Positions 11,334 through 21,822 of a stretch of 64,000 nt of DNA are shown one piece after another. The notes under the pieces are model-generated. The model was not told the DNA's origin. It ran no database searches and worked only from the letters and a program-made list of their open reading frames with translations. The stretch comes from Phyllosticta citribraziliensis (lineage: Eukaryota): the NCBI RefSeq assembly GCF_038025025.1, contig NW_027117348.1:1364001-1428000 (forward strand), in the 5' to 3' direction. Positions within the stretch are counted from its first letter, which is position 1. Each line of letters starts with the position of its first letter. Position numbers and translations under genes: made by a program.

Positions 11334-13754
11334 TTAATTCCCTCTCCCTCTCCCCCTACCCTCCTTCTCGCACTCCCTCACCACCTCCGCACGCCCGCGC
11401 GAAGGCATCCGCGTCCTCATCCCCGCCACCGGGCCAACGACTCTGCCCATTTCCATCTGCATCCCCGCATCCAAGTCCAAACCCATCTCCATGTGCGTGC
11501 CCGGCAGGCAGAGCGAGATGCGCGGCGGTGAAGAGGCGGATGGAGATGGACGGGTGGGTTGTATGTGAGGCGTGCGAGGGGTGCGAGGAGGGTTGTTGTT
11601 GGGGTGGTGGGTTAGCTGTGCGAGGGGGAGAGGGGGAGAGGGGGGTGGAGGTAGAGGTGGAGGTGGCGAGTTCGGTGGTCTGGCTGCGTTGTTGGTTTCC
11701 AGTTGTTGGCTCTGCGCTGAGGGTTTTTGCTGCCGTCCTAATCTGCCTCTTCCTTTTTCCCTTTCCCTTTCCCTTTCCCTCTCTCTTTCTCTCTCATGCG
11801 CAGCCGCGGCGACAGCGGCATATGTCTTTGTCTTTTCCTGCCCACCCACACCATCACCGCCGCGGCCACGGCCTCTGCCTGCACAGCGCAAACCAGCATC
11901 TTGACTTTGCGTGTGCGTTTGGCCTCCACCGCCACCGCCCGGCAGTACCCTCGCAGCGTTGCGCCGCGCCCACTTCCTCGCCGTCGCCGTCGGGCTCGCG
12001 ACGACGCTGCTCCACGCGCGGGCGCTGGCGCTAGCACGACGACCTTTCCCGCTGCCGCGGCGGCGGCCGTCACTGGTTGTCATTGACGGCGCGGCTGTGT
12101 CGCTCCACACGACAGCGCCAGCGCCAGCGCCAATTGTGCTCTTCCCCTCCGTCTCCCACTCACGCTCCGGCGGGGGCGAAAACGGGGCTCTCGCTGCCGT
12201 CGCCGCCTCCGCCGTCGACGCCGTCTCGTCTCTCAGCGCCCCATCCCCATCCCCAACTCCATCAGCAGGAGCGCACGCATCCACCGTCCGAGGCGAGCAC
12301 AGCGGCGAGAACGACGCAAAGCGGCCACGCCCAAACACGCCGTCAGGGCGCGGCGAAAAGGGGAAGGCGAAGCTGGAGCGACGGCGGGCGCCGCCGCCCA
12401 TTTGCGCGGCGGCGCCGGGAGGCACGGGGCTGCCGATGAAGGACGGCGGGGCGCTGCGGGGGTGACGCGGAGTGGAGAGGGAAAGGGGCAGGTCGAAGAG
12501 CTGTTTGCTTTTGGTGTTGACGAAGCGAGCAAGGGCGCGGAGGGGCGAGGGTTTTGCGTTGCCGTTGGTATTGATGTTGCCGTTGGTGTTGCCATTGCTG
12601 GTGTTGATGCCGGTGCGAGGGGAGACGAGAGGCGTGTCTGGCGTGCGTGCGGTAGGTGACAGCAGCGGAGAGAGCGGGCTGTGAATGGGGTGCTGCGAGA
12701 GACACGGCTCACTGCGGGAGCGACCAGAGACGGGGACGAGGCGCGCGCGGTGCGGATGCAGCGAAGAGCTGGCCGACGAGTCGAAGACGATGGCGCGGCT
12801 AGCCGGAATCCCCTGGTATGAGCGATACGTGACGTGACGGGGCGGCGGCACGAAGACGACGGGCGATGCTGTGGCCAGCCCGACGCGCTCATCTGGCGGC
12901 AGCGTTTCGTCGATGCTTCGTTTGCTCGTCTGCGACGCGTCCAGCTCGTGCGGTCCCACATCCACATCCGCTTTCGCCTCCGCCGGCGCGGCAAAACTAG
13001 TGTCGTTGCTGCGCGGCGACTCGCTGGCATTGACGGCTGTAGACCAGTCGGGCGAGTCTCTTCGTTTCTTGCAGCTGCCGTGCTCGTCTCGGATCTGGTC
13101 GAACTTGGCTCTGATCAGCTTGCACACGAGGCAAGAAGCTGTGCACTCGCCGCTGTGGCGGACACATTCGAGATGGTCGCGAAGGCCAGTCCAGACGGCT
13201 TTGGCGACGACTTGGCCGCGGTCGACACCGTGCTCGTCGACGAGGGCGAGGGCCGCCTGGAAGACGTCGTCGGCGATGCTGTCGTCGCTGCTGTGGATGC
13301 TATGCGGATACGGAGGCGAGGCCGGCGAAGGCGGAGGAGCCGCATTGCCGTGGGAATCATCCGTCGACGTCGGGGAGATGTCTCCTGTGACAGCATCTTT
13401 CTCGCCATCTCTTTCATCGTCCTCGCTGGCCTCCTCATAACTGCTCTCACTGCTCCTCCCACTTCGACTCAAGCCCCTGACGCCAAAGACTTCGACGTCG
13501 GCTCCAAAACTCCCCGTTTGGACCCAATGCTCCCATTCCAGTCGGCCTATCCCCTGCGGCTCCCACTTGCTCGCCACTTGCTCCCATTTCCTGTCCTTGG
13601 CTGCTGACTTTTCGGTCGATCGAAATGCCGTGATTTGCCGCGTGGCCATGATGCGAGAGAGTGCCTCGTCGCGGGTGCACGACCACAGGCGCGACCAAAG
13701 AGTGATTTGCGATTCGTCGGGCGCTGAGGAATCCTTGCCGTCGGGTGTGGCCAT
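11334..13754 (-). CDS. Large low-complexity hypothetical (orphan-like) protein
   Basis: A 2.4-kb open frame with the first ATG at 13754 (MATPDGKDSS). It has a Trp-rich N-terminal segment, a CxxHxxxCxxxCxxC cluster, then S/P/R-rich disordered sequence. The 3' end runs through simple repeats and may be shorter in reality. Confidence 0.5.
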   Translation of the reverse strand: MATPDGKDSSAPDESQITLWSRLWSCTRDEALSRIMATRQITAFRSTEKSAAKDRKWEQVASKWEPQGIGRLEWEHWVQTGSFGADVEVFGVRGLSRSGRSSESSYEEASEDDERDGEKDAVTGDISPTSTDDSHGNAAPPPSPASPPYPHSIHSSDDSIADDVFQAALALVDEHGVDRGQVVAKAVWTGLRDHLECVRHSGECTASCLVCKLIRAKFDQIRDEHGSCKKRRDSPDWSTAVNASESPRSNDTSFAAPAEAKADVDVGPHELDASQTSKRSIDETLPPDERVGLATASPVVFVPPPRHVTYRSYQGIPASRAIVFDSSASSSLHPHRARLVPVSGRSRSEPCLSQHPIHSPLSPLLSPTARTPDTPLVSPRTGINTSNGNTNGNINTNGNAKPSPLRALARFVNTKSKQLFDLPLSLSTPRHPRSAPPSFIGSPVPPGAAAQMGGGARRRSSFAFPFSPRPDGVFGRGRFASFSPLCSPRTVDACAPADGVGDGDGALRDETASTAEAATAARAPFSPPPEREWETEGKSTIGAGAGAVVWSDTAAPSMTTSDGRRRGSGKGRRASASARAWSSVVASPTATARKWARRNAARVLPGGGGGGQTHTQSQDAGLRCAGRGRGRGGDGVGGQEKTKTYAAVAAAAHEREREREREREREKGRGRLGRQQKPSAQSQQLETNNAARPPNSPPPPLPPPPSPPLPLAQLTHHPNNNPPRTPRTPHIQPTRPSPSASSPPRISLCLPGTHMEMGLDLDAGMQMEMGRVVGPVAGMRTRMPSRGRAEVVRECEKEGRGRGRGN

Positions 13755-14496
13755 CGTGTCTGACGGTGAAGCTACCGCGAGTGGCTGGTGCGCGTCGTCT
13801 GCCGAGTCTTGGAATATCAGATCTAGCTGTAGTTCAGTTGCAGTTTCTTTCCGCTTCTTGGAGCACCAAGCCAACACTTACACGCCTATATATCTGAACA
13901 GGAGATGCGAATAGGGGTATGGTCGAGGCGGCCCCTTGTCTCGGCAGCGCGTTTGACAGTCATCAAGACATTGCACCCAGTGATCGAAGCCGGGGAGAAA
14001 ACGACGCGAAGCTCCGGCTCTTGCAAGACATGTTCAGTCCTTGTTCTGCTCTTGTCGGCAAAACAAGACAAAGTAGGCCAATGCTCGACCAGATGAACAC
14101 GAATACTGGAACAGCAGCCCGGTACAATGACCAAAAGGCTACAGCCTGATTCTCTTCCGCGTTGGCCACTTCATCTTGAGCAAGGTGTCACCATCTCTTT
14201 ACGTGCTTCTTTTTTCCATGCATTGTTTTTAGACTGTAGGCGGAACGAAGGGTATTATGGATCCAATCCCCCAGCGACCCAGGACTGTCCGTTCCATGAG
14301 GAACCCTTCAGTTGCACTTTTTTCCTCTTCCATGACCCATGCTTCCTCAAATTAAGCCCCAATTCTGAACCAAGGCGAGAATTTTGGGAGTCGTCGATAC
14401 CGATTGCACCTTTGATACTTGAGAGGCGGCTGCCGTTTGTCGTGTCAATGTTCGTGTCGAATTTTTCCACGGCCATGCGGAACATGGTCATGAGAG

Positions 14497-15470
<974 letters not shown>

Positions 15471-15628
15471 GTTGGCGATCGAGGTTAGGGTATTGCGCCG
15501 GTCGGCCTGGATGCGCGCAAAGTTGGATGTCAGCGGTGTGTTGCGATTGCGGGCGGGGTTGTTGAGAGGAACAGGAGGAAGGGCGGCATACGGCAACGGG
15601 TTGAATACGAGTTGGGCGGTGTTGGCGC

Positions 15629-15663
15629 GAGGCAGAGGCAGAGGCAGAGGCAGAGGCAGAGGC
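15629..15663. repeat. (GAGGCA)n microsatellite upstream of the Pab2-like gene
   Basis: About 6 tandem hexamers are directly visible. Confidence 0.9.
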
Positions 15664-16335
15664 TGATGAGGGGATGGAGTCGACGAGTGTGTGGGGAGAG
15701 CGGAAGTCGCGTCAAGCTCAAGCCAAGACCCGGGGCCGTGGATCCGAGCGTCGGCTAGCGCCGGTTAGCGCCAGACACCCCAACCCGCGTCGCCGTATCT
15801 GATATAAAACATGCCACTTTGTCTTTCGTCATGATTCTGATGAATTGAATGATGCCTTACAGGACTAATCATGGCTCGTGTCAGACAGATCAACCACCCT
15901 CCAAGGTCGTTATCAGATTTGATTGACTGCTATCAAAGCTCTACTTGGAGCTCCGCCATCTTGTGAAATCTGTATTTTTTACTTTTTATTTTTATTTTTT
16001 GGCCATCAAAGACACTGCAATGTTTGCTGCCTGGCTTACCCACCGTTTGCATGTCTTAAACACCAGCCCATCCATCCCACGTCAAACGACAGACGGCCGA
16101 CGTTGGTAGAAGCAGCCAGGGCAGTCAGGGACCAGGCAAGCGGAAGCGAGCACGCCCCACGCTAAACGCGGCTGGAGCCCGCAAACACCACGGCTCCTGC
16201 ATCCATAGCCAGCCCTAAATCCTGCACCCTTTGTCCTCTTTTTGCTCTGCGAAATTCCAACCCCAGACCCCTTGCAACCCGTGCATATTTGCTCCTCCTC
16301 TTTCATCATAGCCCGTCTTTCCCGACGTCACCGCC

Positions 16336-17105
16336 ATGCCCAACTACTCCGACGCCCAACAGCCGCTGCTCGACACGAGCAGAACCCTAACAAGCTTCGG
16401 CGACCAGCACTTTGGACGCGTCCCGTCGGCCTCGTCAGAGACGGAGATTGCGCGCAGCCGCCAGGCCACGCAGCGGTTCCTCAGCTCCAAGACGGGCCAC
16501 TACGCCGTCCTGCTGCTCGTCGGCCTGGACGTGTCGTGCATCTTTGCAGGTAGGCAACACACGCGGAAGAGCCAGCTCGAATGCTTCTTGTCCCCTGTTC
16601 TCCGTCCATGATTCTGAACTCGGGACTGTTGTAGACTTTGTGATCCGGCTCTTCCTGTGCGAGAAGCGGCTGTCCTACGGCTGGAACGATGGCCTCGAGG
16701 CGCTGGGCATTGTCAGCCTAGTCTTTTCCTGCCTCTTCATGGTCGAGTTGGTGGCGTCGCTATGGGCCTTTGGCTTGGAGTATGTCCCTCCAAAACTTTC
16801 TGCATTGACCGGAATGTCCATTCATGTCGATACTCACATGACCTAGGTACCTCAAAGCGCCTTTCCACATTTTCGACGCGCTCGTCATCCTGGCCAGCTT
16901 CATTCTCGACATTCTGTTGCGCGGCGTCATTGAAGAGGTCGCCTCACTCGTCATCGTCCTGCGTCTGTGGCGCATCTTCAAGATCATCGAGGAGCTCAGC
17001 GTCGGCGCCTCGGAGCAAACCGAGGACCTCGAAGCCCGCATCGAAGGCCTCGAGGACGAGAACCGCAGGCTGAGGTCCGAGGTCCAACGTCTCAAAGGTC
17101 GCTGA
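16336..17105 (+). CDS. Voltage-gated proton channel Hv1-like protein, 3 exons
   Basis: Four TM helices: S1 with Asp (LLVGLDVSCIFAD), S2 FSCLFMVEL, S3 FHIFDALVI, and S4 LRLWRIFKII (RxWRxxK). C-terminal coiled coil LEARIEGLEDENRRLRSEV, no pore domain. Introns 16550-16634 and 16780-16846. Confidence 0.9.
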
Positions 17106-17419
17106 ATCTTCTACAGATCGGCCAATGCAGATCTGGATGGGGAGGCTCCATGTGAGTGACTAGACCCAGAGTCCCGAACCCCTGAAGCCAGCGCAGGAGA
17201 AGTCGTCATAAGCTGCGACTTTTGCTGTCAGCTCCCTCACTGTAAATATGTACATAACAAGCACGCGAATGAGGTAATGGATTGGTAGGAGGAAAGGAGA
17301 CGGAGAAACACAACACAGCAGCGCTTCTTCAAATTCTCAGCACACAAACACGGAAAAGCTATCGGTTACCTTGTTACAGCCATGAATCTAGTCGAGTAAT
17401 CACACGACGACTCAAGTCA

Positions 17420-20400
17420 CAAGACCAGCATGTGCTTCTTGCGCACGCGCATCTGGCGGCTAGGTACTGGTGTGCATGTATAAAACCTGCTCCTTTTGCC
17501 CGACCTCCACTCCTTCCTCAACAACATGGCTACTATGGCCAAGCACCACAATGTCGATTCATCACATACTCCCTGCCGTTGGCTTCAACTTGCAAAAGAC
17601 TGTTCGTTTTGTCGTTTGTCTCCCCACGTCCCGTCGGTTTGCTCTCCCCCCCAACCCCACCACATCACTCAAACAACTCAATGGCACGCAGCATCAGTAG
17701 ACAACGCCGGTTCTCACCTCCCTTACAATGCCGCCAGGCTTCTCCATCCTTCATTCTATCTTCTCCTCTTGGCCCGACGTCAGGTAGCGCCGTTTCGCGT
17801 CCTGCGTCATCTCCAGAAACTCGATTACACACAGCCCACGGAAAAAGAACGAGAAGTGCGAAGGTGATTGAATTGCACCTGATGAGTCCACTGTTGTGGT
17901 CCGTCTTCTGCTGATGCAACAGAAACGCCTCAAAGTTCCCTCCTTTTATAGGCGGCTGGCAGGCGGATCTGCCGATATGTCCGCACGTTGCATGTGGTCC
18001 ACTGCTCCCTCGTGCCTCGAGTCTGATGAGGCTGTGCGTAGGCAGCTGTCGACAGTCACTCGGCATACTTTCATTGGCCGTTCAAGCTGCTGCTCAGCTA
18101 TAAATTGCTTGCGTTCTTCGCCTGGGACTCTCCTTTCTTCAACTGCTTCATTGTGCTGGCTTGGCTGGGCAGAACATACCACGAGGAGACGCCACTCGCG
18201 GTCGATCGCCCTTGTCGTCGCAATTGGACTTTGTTTTCTTGCCGTTTTTCTGCGGATTTTCGACTTGGAACGGACAGTCAGACAACCAGACTGCTGTGAT
18301 CCTCCCTAACTCTCAGCAGAACACTACAATGTGGATACGCAGCATTATCCAGCAATGCCACTCGACTCCTCCATCCAACGCCGTCACCGCCCTTCGCTGC
18401 TCGGAAAACCAAGCCAGGTCTGCCAAACACGAGGCACCAAGACCGAAAAAACAAAAGTGTGCCTCGAGGGCCAGATGCCACACCCAAGAAGTACAATTGC
18501 AAAGTGGAGGGCTCTGCGGGCTGGATGTGTCGCCGTGTTCGCCAGAGCAGAAGCAGCGCAGGTCTGGCTTTTATACATGACTCCACATCTCTGGAATAAG
18601 GCAGCGGTGTCAGAAGCTACTGCGGAGCTTGTGACACTCCCCAGCCACGGATCTTGTGCTTTTGCATGTGGTGGATAAGCTCGGACTCGGACCCTCAGCC
18701 GCGTGCGCGTTGCGGAGGTGTATATATGTCTCGCCTTTCTGGCCTGCTGTGCTGCTTCCTTGACACGCACATCAACGCCCATGATTTTGCGTTGGACAGA
18801 AAACGATTTTGCTCGAAAAATTGCACCGCACTGTTGTTCTGCTCTTTTTGCTGACCCTTCCCCTGCAGACCGAACACCACTGTCCTTGCTCTCGTCACTG
18901 ACACATGGTGATGGCCGTCAAGTCGGAACATTGATGCTGTTCATCACTCAATGACGCTGCCCGCCACTTCCTCCCTTCCCCCGCTCCAGGCGGCAACCAA
19001 GTGTTGTGGTAAGCCATAAATGCCACAAAGTAATTGGCAGATCGTGGGGCTTCCTCACGTTGGTATGCCAATGCAGTCAACGTGTCGCAGATACAGCAGA
19101 AGCAGGATCAACAGAAATCTGCGAGTTTTTATAGACGACCGACGAGTACATGCAGTTAGTACAAGCGAAAGTCACAAGCAAATTGCTCTCATGGCAGGAC
19201 CGCATGTGATACCCCTGAGCCCGCACCACTCCAGCAGTCCGACAGCGGCGTCTGGCGAGTATAAAAGTCCCGCTTCTTCGTCTGCTCTGTTTCTTGCTTC
19301 AGCACCTCTGCTTTGAGCATCGAGCGGGCTTTCCTGCACACAGGAGCCAGGATGACAAGAAATGGATGACTGTTGGTGGTTCGCCTGTGCGTAGTGGAAT
19401 CGACACCCACTACACTTTCCTGTTTGTTGTGCGTTTGCCTTCGCGCCTCCGTGGAAGAGAGAAGAGGCGAGAGTAGAAGAAATGAGTAGGAATCTGTCAT
19501 CGTCGATCAGTGATGCTGCTGGCCATCTCAGTCTACGATCGCTGGCCCAAATCACCATTGCATATCGCAGCAAACGCCTCCACTAAATAGCCATGCCGGC
19601 CTGGAAAGCAAATTCAGGGGCAGCGCAACGCAAAAAGCAGTCTTGACTGCCAACATCTCTGAAATACAAAGCGTCCGTTTCCCGATAGCTTTACTAGATA
19701 GACTCGCCGTGCCTATTGCAGAAGCAGGACACCTCTCCCTCCCTGGTCTTTTATACCTTTCCGCCTGGAGCAGCAGAAGGCGGACGGGTAGACCACCATA
19801 GACCACGCGTGTCAGCTGCCCACTTACGCCAACGCCTCCACATGACACCCGCGGCCCCATCTCTGCCTCTGCATGTGCAACTCTACTCCAACCCCGACTC
19901 CGCTCTATAAAACTTCACCTCGCCGCCTCATTTCTCTCCCACAGCCACAGTGCAACGCACAGCTTACCTGCAATGGACACACGAGACGAAATCGTCACTG
20001 TGCTGCTTGCCGCTTGCTCCGTTGGCAATGTGTTTTCTTGGGCTTCAGAACCCACTTCTTTTGCGGTCGCTGGCTGCGGGTGCGAGTCGCGGTGTTTGAC
20101 ATAGCTCTATGATTCAGGGGTTCGCTTGATGAAGGAGGACAGTAAGTCATGATGATAGTGTAGGAGGTATTTGTCGCTTGATGATGATTCCGCGCGTAGT
20201 ACAACCGCATATGGGACTAGATGCTCTTCGGTTTTTGGAATTCAACTCAAGTCAGCAGACAGACGTCAGTCACTCCAGCACATGCAACCCTCCACCTCAA
20301 CCCCTCGACGTCTATAAAAGAGCCTTTCCTTTCTATACTTTTTCTTCAACAGCGGCGGAAGCATCAGCGCAGACGAACAGCTTGATGAGTTTAACTATGC

Positions 20401-21400
20401 GGATTAGCCTTCGTTGAATTCACTGTCTTTCTTCTCCTTCTGCTTTTCTCCGACCAGTAAGTCATGGTGGTGCTGTAGGAGGTATTGTCGCGTGATGACG
20501 ATGATGATGTTCCCGGCTCGAGGATGGGCAGGGGCTCTGGCTTTCTTGCCCTGATTCAGCTGCCAAAATTCAGCAGACGTCAGCAGACAGACGTCATCCA
20601 GTTCAGCACATGCAACTCTCCATCTCAGCCCTCAACGCCTATAAAACCGCCATTCCTTTCCCGCTTCCTTCTCTCAACAGCAGCGGCTTTGCACTCTCAA
20701 CAGCGGCAATACTGTGTGCGAGTGCGAGAAGCGATTCACTTTGCTGTCTTTCTGTCACCTTCTGTCAGTGTCACTTCTTTCGCCTGCGTCGGCTGCGGCG
20801 GTTGACAGCGCACAGCTGCTAAGGAGTTCGGACGAATTATATGGTCAGTGAGAGCGAAGGTGCTGCAAAGCATCGAAGCATGATGACGTTGGAAAACACT
20901 ATTCCACTTCCCCACCGTGCCAGCCCCCAAAACACAGAAAAGCAGTCGCAGAAACGACTGCGAGACAGACGCCAACGGCGAAAAGTACTCGACCATGATC
21001 AAACCACACGACAATCCACGAGTGATCCTCTCATCTTTCTGTTGATGCAAAGGGCTGAAGCGCCCTGAGTTGCAGGAAGACAGAACCCGCAGATCGTGGA
21101 GTTTTTATAGCACGGCAGTCATTCAGGCAGCGGCAGTGTCACGAGCTTCCTGCTTCGTTCGTTTCTCGCAGGCATGTGTAGGTTCAGTCAGCTGCCATCC
21201 AGCTTGGAAGCATGTGTTCGACGCCCCGTGCTGAGGCCGCAGGCCTGAGGCCGTGGAGTATTGAGTATCGAGTATCGAGTATAAAACCACCTACCCACTC
21301 CCTTCTCTTTCTGTCTCCTCCAAGGGCAGTCAGCAAAAGGATCTCGTCCCTGAATCCAAACAGGCCACTGTACTGCGTGGAAGAAGTCGAAGTCCCACAA
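17420..21400. promoter_or_regulatory. Array of 13 TATA-box modules with GCATGTG/CACATGC motifs (candidate small-RNA transcription units)
   Basis: TATAAAA(+) at 17479, 19260, 19906, 20313, 20640, 21280; TATAAAT(+) at 18099; TATATA(+) at 18721. TTTTATA(-) at 17944, 18569, 19127, 19749, 21103. Nine GCATGTG/CACATGC copies. The function is inferred, not shown. Confidence 0.55.
20140..20790 (+). repeat. Diverged direct tandem duplication, ~320-bp unit
   Basis: CAGTAAGTCATG.TG.T...GTAGGAGGTATT at ~20140 and ~20455. GTCAGCAGACAGACGTCA...CAGCACATGCAAC.CTCCA.CTCA.CCCTC.ACG.CTATAAAA...TTCCTTTC...TCAACAGC.GCGG at 20251-20358 and 20579-20687. Confidence 0.9.
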
Positions 21401-21822
21401 GGCCTACTGCCGTGGTCTGGCTCTGACTCTGCCAGCCCTGATCAAGCCGCAGAAAGACGACGCGCTCATATTCCGACGTGTAGGAGGGAGGCTACACGGC
21501 AGCGCAAGGATGATTATCATCATCATTGACTAACAAAACACATGCATACATGCATGCTCGAGAGAAGAGAGATAGGATACGATGCTACAACCAACGACCC
21601 CCTCCCCCCTCTCCCCAGTCTATCCTTCCTCCACGAAGCCAAACACGCCCCAACGCCTCAACGCATGCACCGCATGTTCCAGCCAACTGAATACTCATCC
21701 CATTCCATAGAAAACCCATCCATTGTAACGCCAAGCAAGACTCCATTTATCCCTCCATCCGTCAAGTCCACGCAAGTAACCCACACACCCCCTGAGAAAG
21801 AAAAGATACTTCAGATACTGAA

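Noticed and set aside
17282..19573. 100-210 aa ORFs within the TATA array
   Set aside because: Most start at non-ATG codons, run across the TATA boxes, and show no mutual similarity or recognisable domains.
20140..20560. Intronic box C/D snoRNAs (GTAAGT followed by ATGATGA/TGATGA)
   Set aside because: The first copy lacks a properly placed CTGA D box and the second copy has lost the first C box. I recognised no rRNA-complementary guide, and the TGA runs look like a microsatellite.
20999..21034. Micro-ORF MRGSLVDCRVV* as a CaaX a-type pheromone precursor
   Set aside because: It is only 11 aa with an atypical CaaX, and no other array unit encodes a similar peptide.
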